Below are positions 26,844 to 36,446 of a stretch of 64,000 bases of DNA, piece after piece. The notes below the pieces were generated by a model. It was not told the DNA's origin. It was given only the letters and a program-made list of their open reading frames with translations, and did no database searches. Within the stretch, counting starts at the first letter, position 1; every line of letters begins with the position of its first letter. The position numbers and the translations under genes are program-made. Source of the stretch: a virus. Location: the IMG/VR virus record IMGVR_UViG_3300009509_000004, positions 1 through 64,000 of that record; one strand, given 5' to 3'.

Positions 26844-27437
26844 TCATGCCTCCCGTTTCTCTGGCTGGAACAGTTTGTTGACCAGCTCATTCCAGCCGAC
26901 TGAGGTGATCCCAACCATCAAACCTGCGACAACGCTGTTGAGCACCCCCGCCCCTGTGGTGTAGGTGCTGAAGCCGCCCAGCAACGCCCCGATGCCTGCA
27001 GCGATGTATGGCTTGAGCCATTTCTTCTTGTTGACTCTGAACCACTCATCAACAGGGCCAAACTTCAGGATCTTCATCAGCAGCTGGAGCAGCGCAATGA
27101 TGCCTGCGAGCCATCCAAGTGTCTTCCAGTCGTTGACTGTCTTCTGGACTGCCACCAACAGATCGCTGGGCTGACTCGGTGCTTCATCGGTGACGGCATC
27201 CTTCACCTCGGTGGTGGTCGGTGCGTCAACCTTTGGTTTTGCCTCCGATGCGTTTTCTGGTGTGTTTGCAGCTGTGGATGGACCCTCGGATGGGGTTGCA
27301 GCATCCGCTGCCGTAGTGGTGTGTTCTGCTGCCGCTGCTGCTGGTTTCGGAGCATCCTGTGCGCTCAAATACGGTGGGAACGCTATCAGCGCCCCAAACA
27401 GCAACGCCGTCATCATCAGATACTTTCTCATGACCAT
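26844..27437 (-). CDS. Membrane protein with signal peptide and about 3 TM helices (holin/antiholin-like)
   Basis: N-terminal signal, Ala/Pro/Thr linker, C-terminal hydrophobic helices; directly after the endolysin. Confidence 0.55.
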   Translation of the reverse strand: MVMRKYLMMTALLFGALIAFPPYLSAQDAPKPAAAAAEHTTTAADAATPSEGPSTAANTPENASEAKPKVDAPTTTEVKDAVTDEAPSQPSDLLVAVQKTVNDWKTLGWLAGIIALLQLLMKILKFGPVDEWFRVNKKKWLKPYIAAGIGALLGGFSTYTTGAGVLNSVVAGLMVGITSVGWNELVNKLFQPEKREA

Positions 27438-27452
27438 GCCTCCTTGTTTGGG

Positions 27453-28136
27453 TCAATATCCTTTGCAGTACTGAAAGTGCATGTCATCGCGGGTGCGCCA
27501 TCTGCCGCCCCATACAAAGCCATGCCTCTCAAATGTGTCCACGATTGCTGGATTCATGTCACCGACTCGGCCAACAGGGTTTGTGGCCCAGTTGATGTCG
27601 CATGCGATGGCCCAGCTGTGTGTGGACAATCCCCTCGTGGGATCGTGCATTTTGTGTCGTGGACACCAGCACCCAAACTGCATGATCTCACCGTCCAGCC
27701 CCTTGTCGATGACCTCCTGGAGCACTGCCTTGAAAACAGACTCCATCTTGCTGTGGATGTATTGGATGCCCACAATGGGAAGATCGGCCTTGATGATGTT
27801 CTGGTCCACCCAGTCGTTGGTGATGACGATGTTGCCGCCCTCGGCATTGTCATACACGATGGCGCCAAATGCATCCTCAACCGCCTTGTACCCGACTGGA
27901 ACAGGCATGAGCAGGCTCTTTTCGGTCTTTGCCCATGCGCTGACCGCCTTGTCGATTGCCTGAAGTGTCACATCATCGGCGATGCCGTCAACCAAGTATG
28001 CTTGCTGGAAAGCAACCACTGCCGCTTGAGTCTTGCGGCCATAGTCGCCATCCACTTTGCTGTTGAGATAGCCAAGCTGCTTCAAGTGTGATTGAAGCTG
28101 CTCAACTGATTTTCCTTTTGAACCTTTTGTGAGCAT
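27453..28136 (-). CDS. Endolysin: PG-binding domain + M15 (L-Ala-D-Glu-type) peptidase
   Basis: GSKGKSVEQLQ..LGY...DGDYGRKTQAAV..FQ; LSTHSWAIACDIN, FVWGGRW..DDMHFQ. Confidence 0.9.
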   Translation of the reverse strand: MLTKGSKGKSVEQLQSHLKQLGYLNSKVDGDYGRKTQAAVVAFQQAYLVDGIADDVTLQAIDKAVSAWAKTEKSLLMPVPVGYKAVEDAFGAIVYDNAEGGNIVITNDWVDQNIIKADLPIVGIQYIHSKMESVFKAVLQEVIDKGLDGEIMQFGCWCPRHKMHDPTRGLSTHSWAIACDINWATNPVGRVGDMNPAIVDTFERHGFVWGGRWRTRDDMHFQYCKGY

Positions 28137-28144
28137 CCTGACTC

Positions 28145-28654
28145 CTATGCGTTGGCTTCAGCGCCTTTCCCCTTGGCCTTGGCCTTGATGTTGGTCACCT
28201 TGCCATTGCCTTTGGTTTCACCCTTTGCTTCTTCATGTGGAGCATCAGGTGGAGCACATGGCCTCTCTTTGCCATCTGGCCCGATCTCGGTGGGCGGTGG
28301 CAACGGGCCAGGGTCTGGCAGGGCATCCGTGGCGACAAATGCTTCATAGCCTCGCCGCTCGCCCTCTGCTGCGATGAGCAGCTGCGCATATGCAGCCATC
28401 TGGCCGCTGAGACCATCCAAGTCTCTGTCTGCGTTCTTGACCTGCTCTTGCAGCCTCTCGATCTGCTTCTGCGCATTGTCGCGTTGCGTCTGGAGTTGGT
28501 TGGCTTGCTTCTGAAGCCCAACAAAATTCTGATGGGCTTTTGCCTCCAAGAATGAGGCATCCTGGGTCAACTTGATGCGCCCCTGAGTCAGCTTCTGAAG
28601 ATACTCTTGGGCCTCTGCGGTCTGCTCAAACTTCTGTGCCTTCTGTGGTTCCAT
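28145..28654 (-). CDS. Coiled-coil hypothetical protein
   Basis: AAGGAG RBS; Q-rich heptads. Confidence 0.7.
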   Translation of the reverse strand: MEPQKAQKFEQTAEAQEYLQKLTQGRIKLTQDASFLEAKAHQNFVGLQKQANQLQTQRDNAQKQIERLQEQVKNADRDLDGLSGQMAAYAQLLIAAEGERRGYEAFVATDALPDPGPLPPPTEIGPDGKERPCAPPDAPHEEAKGETKGNGKVTNIKAKAKGKGAEANA

Positions 28655-28734
28655 TGTCTTTCTCCTTGTTGTGCCGCCTTGGTGCGGCCAATTGGATGGT
28701 GAATAATAGCCTCGCCATGCCTCGTTTCAAAATC

Positions 28735-29067
28735 CTAGACCAGCGTGCCTGCGAAATGCCCGTTGTCCAGGAGCCATTGATACAAGGCGTTGGCCACTTC
28801 ATCGTACACACGGACACCAGCCGCTGTGGTCAGCGTGTTGGCGACTATGTTGTCAAAATCAGCCTCGTGAATCCCAAACGTCTTGTTTGTCTCCATGACC
28901 TCCATCGCGCCCCATTGATATTCGCCGCCAACGAGGTATCCCCCATTGCAAGCAAAATTCAGGTTCCTGCTTTCCAGGTAGATGTCAAGGTGCGCGATCT
29001 TGATGTGCGTGTATGTCTTCCCAGGATCGTGCGCCCCTGGATCAACTGGCGTTGTGAGCAATATCAT
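28735..29067 (-). CDS. Putative tail fibre assembly protein
   Basis: Directly follows the tail fibre; YxWL near the C-terminus. Confidence 0.5.
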   Translation of the reverse strand: MILLTTPVDPGAHDPGKTYTHIKIAHLDIYLESRNLNFACNGGYLVGGEYQWGAMEVMETNKTFGIHEADFDNIVANTLTTAAGVRVYDEVANALYQWLLDNGHFAGTLV

Positions 29068-29079
29068 TTGGACCTCCTT

Positions 29080-32000
29080 TCAGACTGCGATGACCGCAAC
29101 CTTCATGTTTGTTGTGTCCACCCTGGTGAACGATGAATTGTAGAAGTAGATGTCAACATACGTTGTGGCCAGATTGTATGCAATGGCGATGTACGGTGGA
29201 TACATAGCATGCGCAATCCACGCCGTGTATGAACTGGACAACGCTGTGTCCAGATAGAGTCTGAACAGTCCAACCCCTGTGCGCGTGGCATGCCCAGTTG
29301 TCGCCGTGTTCCACTTGTAATTGCTGTAAAAAGTGGGGTTGGCTGTGCCGTTTGTCACAATCAAGAACTTGGCCTTGATCGTGTTGTTGTAGACGGTGGC
29401 ATGGATTCCAACCGCGTCTGTGGTGTTGGGTCTGTTGAGCAAGTAGCTGGTGTAATTGTTCCATGGGCCCCAACCAAAACCACACGCCCAACGATTTGTG
29501 CTCAGCCCCAGTGCTGGATTCTGAGCGCTGCCGTTTGTATCCACAGTCGGATACACGCCCCTGGAAATGTAGGTTGTCCCAGAGTTGTCCAGGTAGACAA
29601 ATGTGCCGCCGCTGTTGCCCAACCGATTGGCGTACACATAGTTGAAATATCCGCTGGAACTGCTGGCTGAGATTGAACTTGATGACGTCAACCCAGCAAA
29701 GTATGCATACCACTCATAGCTGGAGTTGCCCAGAACCAATGCGCCGCCGCTCGATGTCGGCACGATGTCCGTGGACACACCCTCGCCCGCTGCTGTGCTC
29801 AAGGCAAGCGTGTCGATATTGGCTGTGCCATCGATGAACAGATCGCGCCATTCTCTCGCAGATCCTCCCAAATCATATGTGTCATCAGTCGTTGGCTTCC
29901 AGTGCCCTGCACAACCTTGCCCGTCAGTGGTCCCTGGGGTCAAAGTTGTGATGGCCGCCGTTGACACCCCTGTGAGCGCTGTGATGGCCGCCGTTGCGCA
30001 CCCTGCGATTGCGTCAAGGTTTGCCGTCCCATCGATGTACAGATCGCGCCACTGATATGATGCGCCACCCAAGTCATAGGCGTTGCTGGTCCCTGGCACA
30101 AAGTGGTTGGTTGACCCCTCGCCCGCCCCGCTTGCAACGCTGAGGTAATCACATGTCACAGTCCCATCAAAATAGGCGTTGCGCCATTGGTATGTGGCGC
30201 TGCCCAAATCGTAGGTATTGTTGGTGATTGGGTTCATGTGCGAGCTGACGCCCTGCCCAGCTCCTGATTGCAATGCCAGGTAAGTTGTACTCACCCAACC
30301 AGAGACATAGACATCCCTCCACATGTAGCTGAGGCTGCCCAAGTCGTATGTGTTGTTCGCTGATGGATACAGGTGCGAGTCAAATCCTTGCCCCGCGCCC
30401 GTGGGCATCGTGAAAGTGCCGCCCGTGAGGTCAATTGACGTTGTGACATCAAGATTGACCAGGCTTGACGTGCCGCTGATGTTGACGTTGGTGCCATAGA
30501 TCGTTGACCAGCGTGCCGCTGATGAGCCAAGCTCAAAGGAGTTGTTGGCCAGCGGATACAGCGATCTGCTGTATGTTCCAATTGGCCCCGTCTTGAAGGC
30601 AACGGTGTCGTTGACGCCCGTGCCGCTGTTTGCTGAAGAATATGTGACGCCAAACGCATCGTTGTTGTCGTTGTTCTTGAGCGCGACCTCCAGGTGCGCA
30701 GATGGATTGCCAAAGATGACAGCGCCCGTCGTTGAACCGCCAAATAGGTTGTTGAAGCCGCTGCTGGCAGCATCGAAATGGATGCTGCTTGCATACACAT
30801 CTCGCCACGTCCTGCCGGTGCTGCCCAGGTCATAGACGTTGGTTGTCGTTGGCTTCCAATGCGCCGTGACGCCATATCCATCTGTGGTGCTCCAAGGCCT
30901 GAAGTAGTATCCTTGGATGTCGTCAGCATACAAGTAGCTCCAACGGTATGCTGCGCTGCCCAGGTTGTACGTGTTGTTCAACCTCGGCACAAGATGCTCG
31001 GTGCCTTCCCCTGCTGCTGAACTCAATGACAACGTGTCGATATATGCCGTGCCATCGAGGTACAGATCGCGCCATTCTCTCGCCGCTTGGCCAAGATCGA
31101 TGGTGCCGTCAGCCGATGGCCTGACCACATCGCCAAACTCCACGATGCCTGCAGCCGTTCTGATCGCCCAGTTGTTGACCGCCCTCGTTTGCGAGCCGAT
31201 GTAAAGGCCATATGCATTTGTGAGCGTGCCGGTGATTGCCAATGGCTGGCTGATGTCGATGCCAACGCCGCTGTTCAACGTGCCGCCGCCGTGCGTCCCT
31301 GCCACCCTCACGCTGAGGCTGTCGATCCAATCGACCGATCCTGTGCCGGTGAGTTTGGCGTCCATGTGCGCTGTCGCGTACCAACCGCCTGCGCTGTTGT
31401 TTTGCGCAATGGCAACCTCTGTTCCAAAATAGGTGTTCCACACCCCTGAGCCTGCCGCGTGCGTCCCATTCAGGCTGTCAACCCTGCTGATGAAGTTGGT
31501 TGCAACATCCCACGTCCCATCAGCCATGTTGGTGTACACATAATTCCAGTTGTTGCGCGAGCCAATGGGGTCACCAACGTGGAACGGGTTGATCGGCGAT
31601 GTGACGTTGCCGATCATCACACCGTCAGACATGTACAATTTCTTCCAACGGTACAATGCCTGGCCAAAATCGTGGGCGTTGTCGGTGTGCGGCTTGACCA
31701 AACCGCCAAGCTCGTGGTCGCCTCCCAACGTGTAAAGCGCCCAATTTTGCACACCTCGATCTACAGGATCGATGTATATGCCATAAGATTTTGTGTATGT
31801 CCCTACGGTTGCAGGGGCATGATAGATGCCAAGGCCAACGCCAGTGGACAATGTCCCGCCGCCAATACAACCTGGGACATTCACAGCAATTGAGTCATTC
31901 CAATCAACAGCGCCCAGCCCCTCGTGGGTCGTGTGCGAATAGATGCCAGCCATCCATGGGTGTGTATTTGCACTGTGTGTCGAATGAGCCTTGACCATCA

Positions 32001-34017
32001 GGCCTGTTGACCACGCGCCCGTTGGCGTGGCAGCGACAGTCGTGATGTCGTGCTCGATGTATGCGCTGTGAAGCCTGTCTGACGCATCCAGCGTCCTGTC
32101 CTTCCAATTGTCCACCATCAACGTTGAGTCAGTCCCATAGGTTGAGTGGAACGTGCCATCAGACCCAAAACGCGCCAATTGCGATACATGAAGCTCTGCC
32201 CACCTTTGGGTTGGGCTTCCAAGATCCTGCACGTTGTCAAATTGCGGCAGGAAGTCGCCTGTGAAGTTGAGGTTGTACACATAGACGTTTGCCCAACGTC
32301 TGCTGTTTGACCCGATGTCATATGTGTTGTCTGCCGTAGGCACGATGTCACTGCTGACACCATATCCGGCAACGTTGGACAACTCCAGCGTCCTTGTGAA
32401 CACCTTGTTGATGCGATATGCTGCGCTGCCGATGTTCCTGGTGACATCGCTGTCTGGGATCATGTTCGACCCCAGCCCCTCGCCTGGGGAAACACCCAAG
32501 CTGATTTCATCAATGTAGGCTGTGCGATTGACCCAAAGATCGCGCCACTCAAACCCACTTGCGCCCAAATCCCAAGTGTTGTTGGCCCTGGGTGTGAGGT
32601 GGGAATTTGTGGTCATGCGCGTGTTGGTTCTGTCTGACGCAAGCCAATATCGGTTTGTGCTGAAATCCCCTGCTGCCGCAAGGTTTTCTTCCAAGCGCCA
32701 ATCGCCCGTGTCATTGATGGTGCGCCAGCGCCCGCCCGCCGTGTAGGCAACGCCTGTCTCGGTCATGCGTATTTCAGGCGCACCCCATTCCAGATCAACT
32801 CTGTTCTCAAACAGCGACTCGCCGTTGACAGCAAGCCTATGGCTGCCTGAATGTGTTCTGTTGATGCCAATGCGCCCTGTGACGCCATCGATGTACAGGA
32901 AGTTGGCCGTGCCAGCGTTGTCGGTTTGCCGCCACGTCCCTTTGATCAGGTGGCTGTCCGTGCCTACATCATCGCCAGCCGTCAGGTTGTCCGTGATGGT
33001 CTCACTCGCGTTGACCTGGACATAATCCTGTTGCGTTGTGGTGCCCAGAACTTCCAGGTCACCGCCAATGTATGTGTCGCCATCCTCATCGATCCAGAAT
33101 TTGATGTTGCCGCCCGTATCACGGACAATGATCTGCTTCTCTTCATCCTCGCCGATGATGGGCTTGACATCGATCTTCAACCTGCCGTTGCTGGCCACTC
33201 TCGTGATGTGGTTGAGCTTGGACAATGATGCGGTGACGATCTCTTGGTCATAGTGATCGAAGCTCGATGGCGGGTTGCCCGCGCCTGCTCCGGTGATGAT
33301 GCCCAGGAAACAATGCTCAGGTGACAGGCGCAAGTCGGTGTTGCGCTTGACCGATGGGCCAAGCAACATGACTGTGTAGTCACTCGCTGTGGTGGACACG
33401 GTTTCTTGCCCAAATTGGGCTGCAGTCTCAATTCGGTTTTGGCCTCCAGACCAGACCACTGTGCAGACTTCAATGGCAACGCCCTCGGTGGTTGCATTCT
33501 TGCCTGCTGTGTTCTTGTACACCAAGACCTTGCGCCCTGCATTGCTGACGCCTGCCTCGGTGACGCTGTCAACGACAAATCTCAGCGTGGCACCAAGATC
33601 GGTGACGCTGTCTGGCTCGCCCTTTTCGCCAATTTCCTCTTGCCACGTCTTGTATTCTGGCCATCCGGTGCGCGGGTTGATGGCGATGCCAACAGGCCTC
33701 ACATTGTGCTTGAGCGCAACGTAATATGGGACGCTGACCACGTTCTCAAATTGCAACCCACTGTTTTCAGCCGCGTTGTCGATGTCCATGATGTGGCCAT
33801 CGCCGTCTGATGACAACGATGTGCCTGTGATCTGGAACTTGTCAGCCCCGTCAGCCGCCAATGTCAGCTGGGTGCCGTGGACGCATCCCACATCCCACAC
33901 ACGCTCAGACTGCTCGCGCACGGATTCACGGATGTAATCCAAGAGCGTGTCTTTGAAATCTTGATACCCAAGCAGCTTCTTGGGTGTGATGCTGGTGTAT
34001 TCAGCGCCTGTTGACAT
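29080..34017 (-). CDS. Long tail fibre / receptor-binding protein
   Basis: Follows the baseplate genes; about 15 copies of PxxxNxYDLGSxxxxWRDLY; G/S/T/N-rich. Confidence 0.85.
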   Translation of the reverse strand: MSTGAEYTSITPKKLLGYQDFKDTLLDYIRESVREQSERVWDVGCVHGTQLTLAADGADKFQITGTSLSSDGDGHIMDIDNAAENSGLQFENVVSVPYYVALKHNVRPVGIAINPRTGWPEYKTWQEEIGEKGEPDSVTDLGATLRFVVDSVTEAGVSNAGRKVLVYKNTAGKNATTEGVAIEVCTVVWSGGQNRIETAAQFGQETVSTTASDYTVMLLGPSVKRNTDLRLSPEHCFLGIITGAGAGNPPSSFDHYDQEIVTASLSKLNHITRVASNGRLKIDVKPIIGEDEEKQIIVRDTGGNIKFWIDEDGDTYIGGDLEVLGTTTQQDYVQVNASETITDNLTAGDDVGTDSHLIKGTWRQTDNAGTANFLYIDGVTGRIGINRTHSGSHRLAVNGESLFENRVDLEWGAPEIRMTETGVAYTAGGRWRTINDTGDWRLEENLAAAGDFSTNRYWLASDRTNTRMTTNSHLTPRANNTWDLGASGFEWRDLWVNRTAYIDEISLGVSPGEGLGSNMIPDSDVTRNIGSAAYRINKVFTRTLELSNVAGYGVSSDIVPTADNTYDIGSNSRRWANVYVYNLNFTGDFLPQFDNVQDLGSPTQRWAELHVSQLARFGSDGTFHSTYGTDSTLMVDNWKDRTLDASDRLHSAYIEHDITTVAATPTGAWSTGLMVKAHSTHSANTHPWMAGIYSHTTHEGLGAVDWNDSIAVNVPGCIGGGTLSTGVGLGIYHAPATVGTYTKSYGIYIDPVDRGVQNWALYTLGGDHELGGLVKPHTDNAHDFGQALYRWKKLYMSDGVMIGNVTSPINPFHVGDPIGSRNNWNYVYTNMADGTWDVATNFISRVDSLNGTHAAGSGVWNTYFGTEVAIAQNNSAGGWYATAHMDAKLTGTGSVDWIDSLSVRVAGTHGGGTLNSGVGIDISQPLAITGTLTNAYGLYIGSQTRAVNNWAIRTAAGIVEFGDVVRPSADGTIDLGQAAREWRDLYLDGTAYIDTLSLSSAAGEGTEHLVPRLNNTYNLGSAAYRWSYLYADDIQGYYFRPWSTTDGYGVTAHWKPTTTNVYDLGSTGRTWRDVYASSIHFDAASSGFNNLFGGSTTGAVIFGNPSAHLEVALKNNDNNDAFGVTYSSANSGTGVNDTVAFKTGPIGTYSRSLYPLANNSFELGSSAARWSTIYGTNVNISGTSSLVNLDVTTSIDLTGGTFTMPTGAGQGFDSHLYPSANNTYDLGSLSYMWRDVYVSGWVSTTYLALQSGAGQGVSSHMNPITNNTYDLGSATYQWRNAYFDGTVTCDYLSVASGAGEGSTNHFVPGTSNAYDLGGASYQWRDLYIDGTANLDAIAGCATAAITALTGVSTAAITTLTPGTTDGQGCAGHWKPTTDDTYDLGGSAREWRDLFIDGTANIDTLALSTAAGEGVSTDIVPTSSGGALVLGNSSYEWYAYFAGLTSSSSISASSSSGYFNYVYANRLGNSGGTFVYLDNSGTTYISRGVYPTVDTNGSAQNPALGLSTNRWACGFGWGPWNNYTSYLLNRPNTTDAVGIHATVYNNTIKAKFLIVTNGTANPTFYSNYKWNTATTGHATRTGVGLFRLYLDTALSSSYTAWIAHAMYPPYIAIAYNLATTYVDIYFYNSSFTRVDTTNMKVAVIAV

Positions 34018-34032
34018 GGTTCACTCTCCCAT

Positions 34033-35283
34033 CTACGAATTGATGTCCACCAGCTCCGTGTCCAAAGGTAGCTGAAACATCTCAATTTCGTCTAGTTTTG
34101 CTGTGCTCCCAGCGGCATGGTACAAACCGATATTGCCTTGGCTGAGGTCAGGATCTGTTGTATTTATGATCTCATCGCCATCGAAAAACACCTTGATTCT
34201 GTTGGTCGCCCCTTCTGTGACGATCTCGACCCTGATGCCGTACCAAATCTCATCAAGGATTGGCCCTGCCGGTGACGGTGGCGTCCAACTTGCAATCGTG
34301 GATGTCGTGCCCCCGACCTTTTTGCCCAACTCGATGGCATTGATGTCAGGCCTGATGCTGGCAAAATAGTAGTTGCTGGCATCCTGCACATAGAACAAGC
34401 ACCCGCAATCAGTGCCGCTCAATTTGATGCGCCAGTAGGTGACGCAATCATGCCACTGGAATGCGTCTGTTCTTGACGTGATGACCGACTCGATCTGTGA
34501 TGTGTCCAGGAGTTGCCCCTGGCCCTCTGCCACTGTCAGATATTCTGACCCCTGAAGCGTTTGCCACTGGGACAAGTCATCATCGACCAAGAACTGATCC
34601 AAAAAGTCGATGTATGCGACCTCGACACGCTCACCGACTGGTCTCATGAATTGGACCAAATTGGCCACAAGCTCTCTGTTCAGCGAGCCATCATCCACAA
34701 TCCTCAGCGTGCTGTAATACTCCGTGAGCGTGGGTGGGCCAGGCAGCTCGATGATCCACGGATCTCTCCCCTCGTGCTGCTCTCCCAGATTGGTCTCATC
34801 AAGCACCCACCTGTAGTCAAACCAATTCCAGATGCGGCATCGTGTGCCGGTGGCGAGTCTCAGAACGTCCAAAAGCGCCTGTTCACGCCCTCGTTTCTTC
34901 CACAGCGGTATTGACGCCGCAATCAACCGCCTGAGCGCATCATTGCTGAGCGCCTCTGTGATGTAGTTGAGGTCATTGGTCCAACCAACGATGTTCTTGA
35001 GGTATTTCAAGAACTCATCAGGGCACTCTGTGATTGACCACAACTTCTTGATGTTGAAGATTGACTCCTGCGTCTGTAGCCAGATCGCCTGTGGCCCTTG
35101 CAGATAGCGCTTGACAAAGAACGCCCCTTCACGCTTGGCATCTTCTTGGCGTATCGGCTCCAGCAGGAATCTGTACATGTCCAGCGGCAACACCTCTTCA
35201 GGTGCCGGTGGCTCGATGTACCCGATCATCTGGCCTGCTGCGCCAGTTGCTATCGGGTTGCCTGCAAGATCCTGTATCGCCAT
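34033..35283 (-). CDS. Baseplate wedge (P2 gpI-like) with a C-terminal LamG-like domain
   Basis: FLKYLKNIVGW, RRLI...LWKKRG, MRPVGE; C-terminal WYGIRV...IKVFFDG...GNIGL. Confidence 0.7.
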   Translation of the reverse strand: MAIQDLAGNPIATGAAGQMIGYIEPPAPEEVLPLDMYRFLLEPIRQEDAKREGAFFVKRYLQGPQAIWLQTQESIFNIKKLWSITECPDEFLKYLKNIVGWTNDLNYITEALSNDALRRLIAASIPLWKKRGREQALLDVLRLATGTRCRIWNWFDYRWVLDETNLGEQHEGRDPWIIELPGPPTLTEYYSTLRIVDDGSLNRELVANLVQFMRPVGERVEVAYIDFLDQFLVDDDLSQWQTLQGSEYLTVAEGQGQLLDTSQIESVITSRTDAFQWHDCVTYWRIKLSGTDCGCLFYVQDASNYYFASIRPDINAIELGKKVGGTTSTIASWTPPSPAGPILDEIWYGIRVEIVTEGATNRIKVFFDGDEIINTTDPDLSQGNIGLYHAAGSTAKLDEIEMFQLPLDTELVDINS

Positions 35284-35291
35284 GTCTCCAC

Positions 35292-36020
35292 CTATGGATT
35301 GAGCGTGAGCGTGTACAGCGTCCCTGGAACCTGATTTGATGTCACCAACTTGACCGTTTGCCCATCAAACTCCAACACGTCAATCACGCTCAGACCGTTG
35401 TCAAAGCTGTATTTGCTTGGATTGCGGATGTCTGCGTTGTCCTTCATGGTCTCGCTGTACACCACGTCAATCCTGTTTTCACTCACCGCAACGACCTGAC
35501 TGACTGTCGGGGCAATCCCGATGCCTGTGTAGTCGTCATAGTTGTAGCCTGGGTCCATTGGCACACCCTCTGGATCAACAGGCCCATCTGGGTTCACCTC
35601 GCCCCTGTAAGTGGCCGCGTCAGTCATCTCTGAGATGATGAGGTCCACAAACTCTGGGTGAAGCCTGTTTTCTGGCTCCACTGAATCAACAAAGATTGTG
35701 GCAGCCCCTGGCGTTTGTGGCGTCACCTGGTAGTTGTACCTGCTCAATAGCGCCGCATCCTTTTTCATCGGTCGGTCAAATGTGATGCGGATGCGCGTTG
35801 CCGTGATCGCCTCGACCAATGCGATCTTCACCAGCTGTACAACTTGCCCCAGCCCTGTCATCAATGAAGAGCATAGGCCAGGGGTGCCAAACAGGTTGTT
35901 GCCACGGGCCAGCGCTGTCAGCTCTGCCGCTGAACGTGCGCCTGGGCTGATGATGAGCGCCCCTTTGCCTTGAGGCGTGAGTTGCCCAGACGATATGCCG
36001 CCTACACTGATGAGCGCCAT
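35292..36020 (-). CDS. Baseplate-associated Ig-like repeat protein
   Basis: Two Big-like repeats (IRITFDRPM / IDVVYSETM). Confidence 0.6.
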   Translation of the reverse strand: MALISVGGISSGQLTPQGKGALIISPGARSAAELTALARGNNLFGTPGLCSSLMTGLGQVVQLVKIALVEAITATRIRITFDRPMKKDAALLSRYNYQVTPQTPGAATIFVDSVEPENRLHPEFVDLIISEMTDAATYRGEVNPDGPVDPEGVPMDPGYNYDDYTGIGIAPTVSQVVAVSENRIDVVYSETMKDNADIRNPSKYSFDNGLSVIDVLEFDGQTVKLVTSNQVPGTLYTLTLNP

Positions 36021-36022
36021 GA

Positions 36023-36436
36023 TCAATCCAGACTGATTCTCAGCTTTCCAGCCAAGAACCTGAATGTGTCTCCATCATTCACTTGTCGCGGGGTTGGCGT
36101 GCCCGCCCCGTCATCGATCTCGCCATACAACTTCATCACACCTGAATCGTACATGGCCCAGTGGCTGATCAGCCCCCAGTTGCCGCCAGACGCCTGCGGA
36201 AATGTGATGTTGTTGAGGTTGGACTTCACGCCCCCAGATGCCGCGCCCCACTCGCCCCCGTCGTTGTTGACGGTGACTCGTGCATAGCCTGCGCCAGATG
36301 GTTCTGTGATGCCCGTCCCATCCTCGCCTGGGTTGGTCGTGGACAAAGCGATGTCCACAGACGCCCCCAGCATGGTTGCGCTGACACCCAACAGGGCATC
36401 AAGTATTGCGTTCTCAAGATTGTTTGCAAATGACAT
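36023..36436 (-). CDS. Tail fibre/baseplate protein
   Basis: GYARV, NITFPQA..NWG.ISHWAMYD motif common in phage tail proteins. Confidence 0.65.
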   Translation of the reverse strand: MSFANNLENAILDALLGVSATMLGASVDIALSTTNPGEDGTGITEPSGAGYARVTVNNDGGEWGAASGGVKSNLNNITFPQASGGNWGLISHWAMYDSGVMKLYGEIDDGAGTPTPRQVNDGDTFRFLAGKLRISLD

Positions 36437-36446
36437 GACCGACCTC

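Noticed and set aside
28699-28730. Possible TTGAAA...TATTAT promoter upstream of the lysis region
   Set aside because: The 16-bp spacer and weak match mean there is no independent support.
29500-32620. Periodic repeats as a possible CRISPR array or DGR template/variable pair
   Set aside because: The repeats are degenerate at DNA level and in frame within the fibre. No reverse transcriptase, cas gene or adenine-specific pattern was seen.
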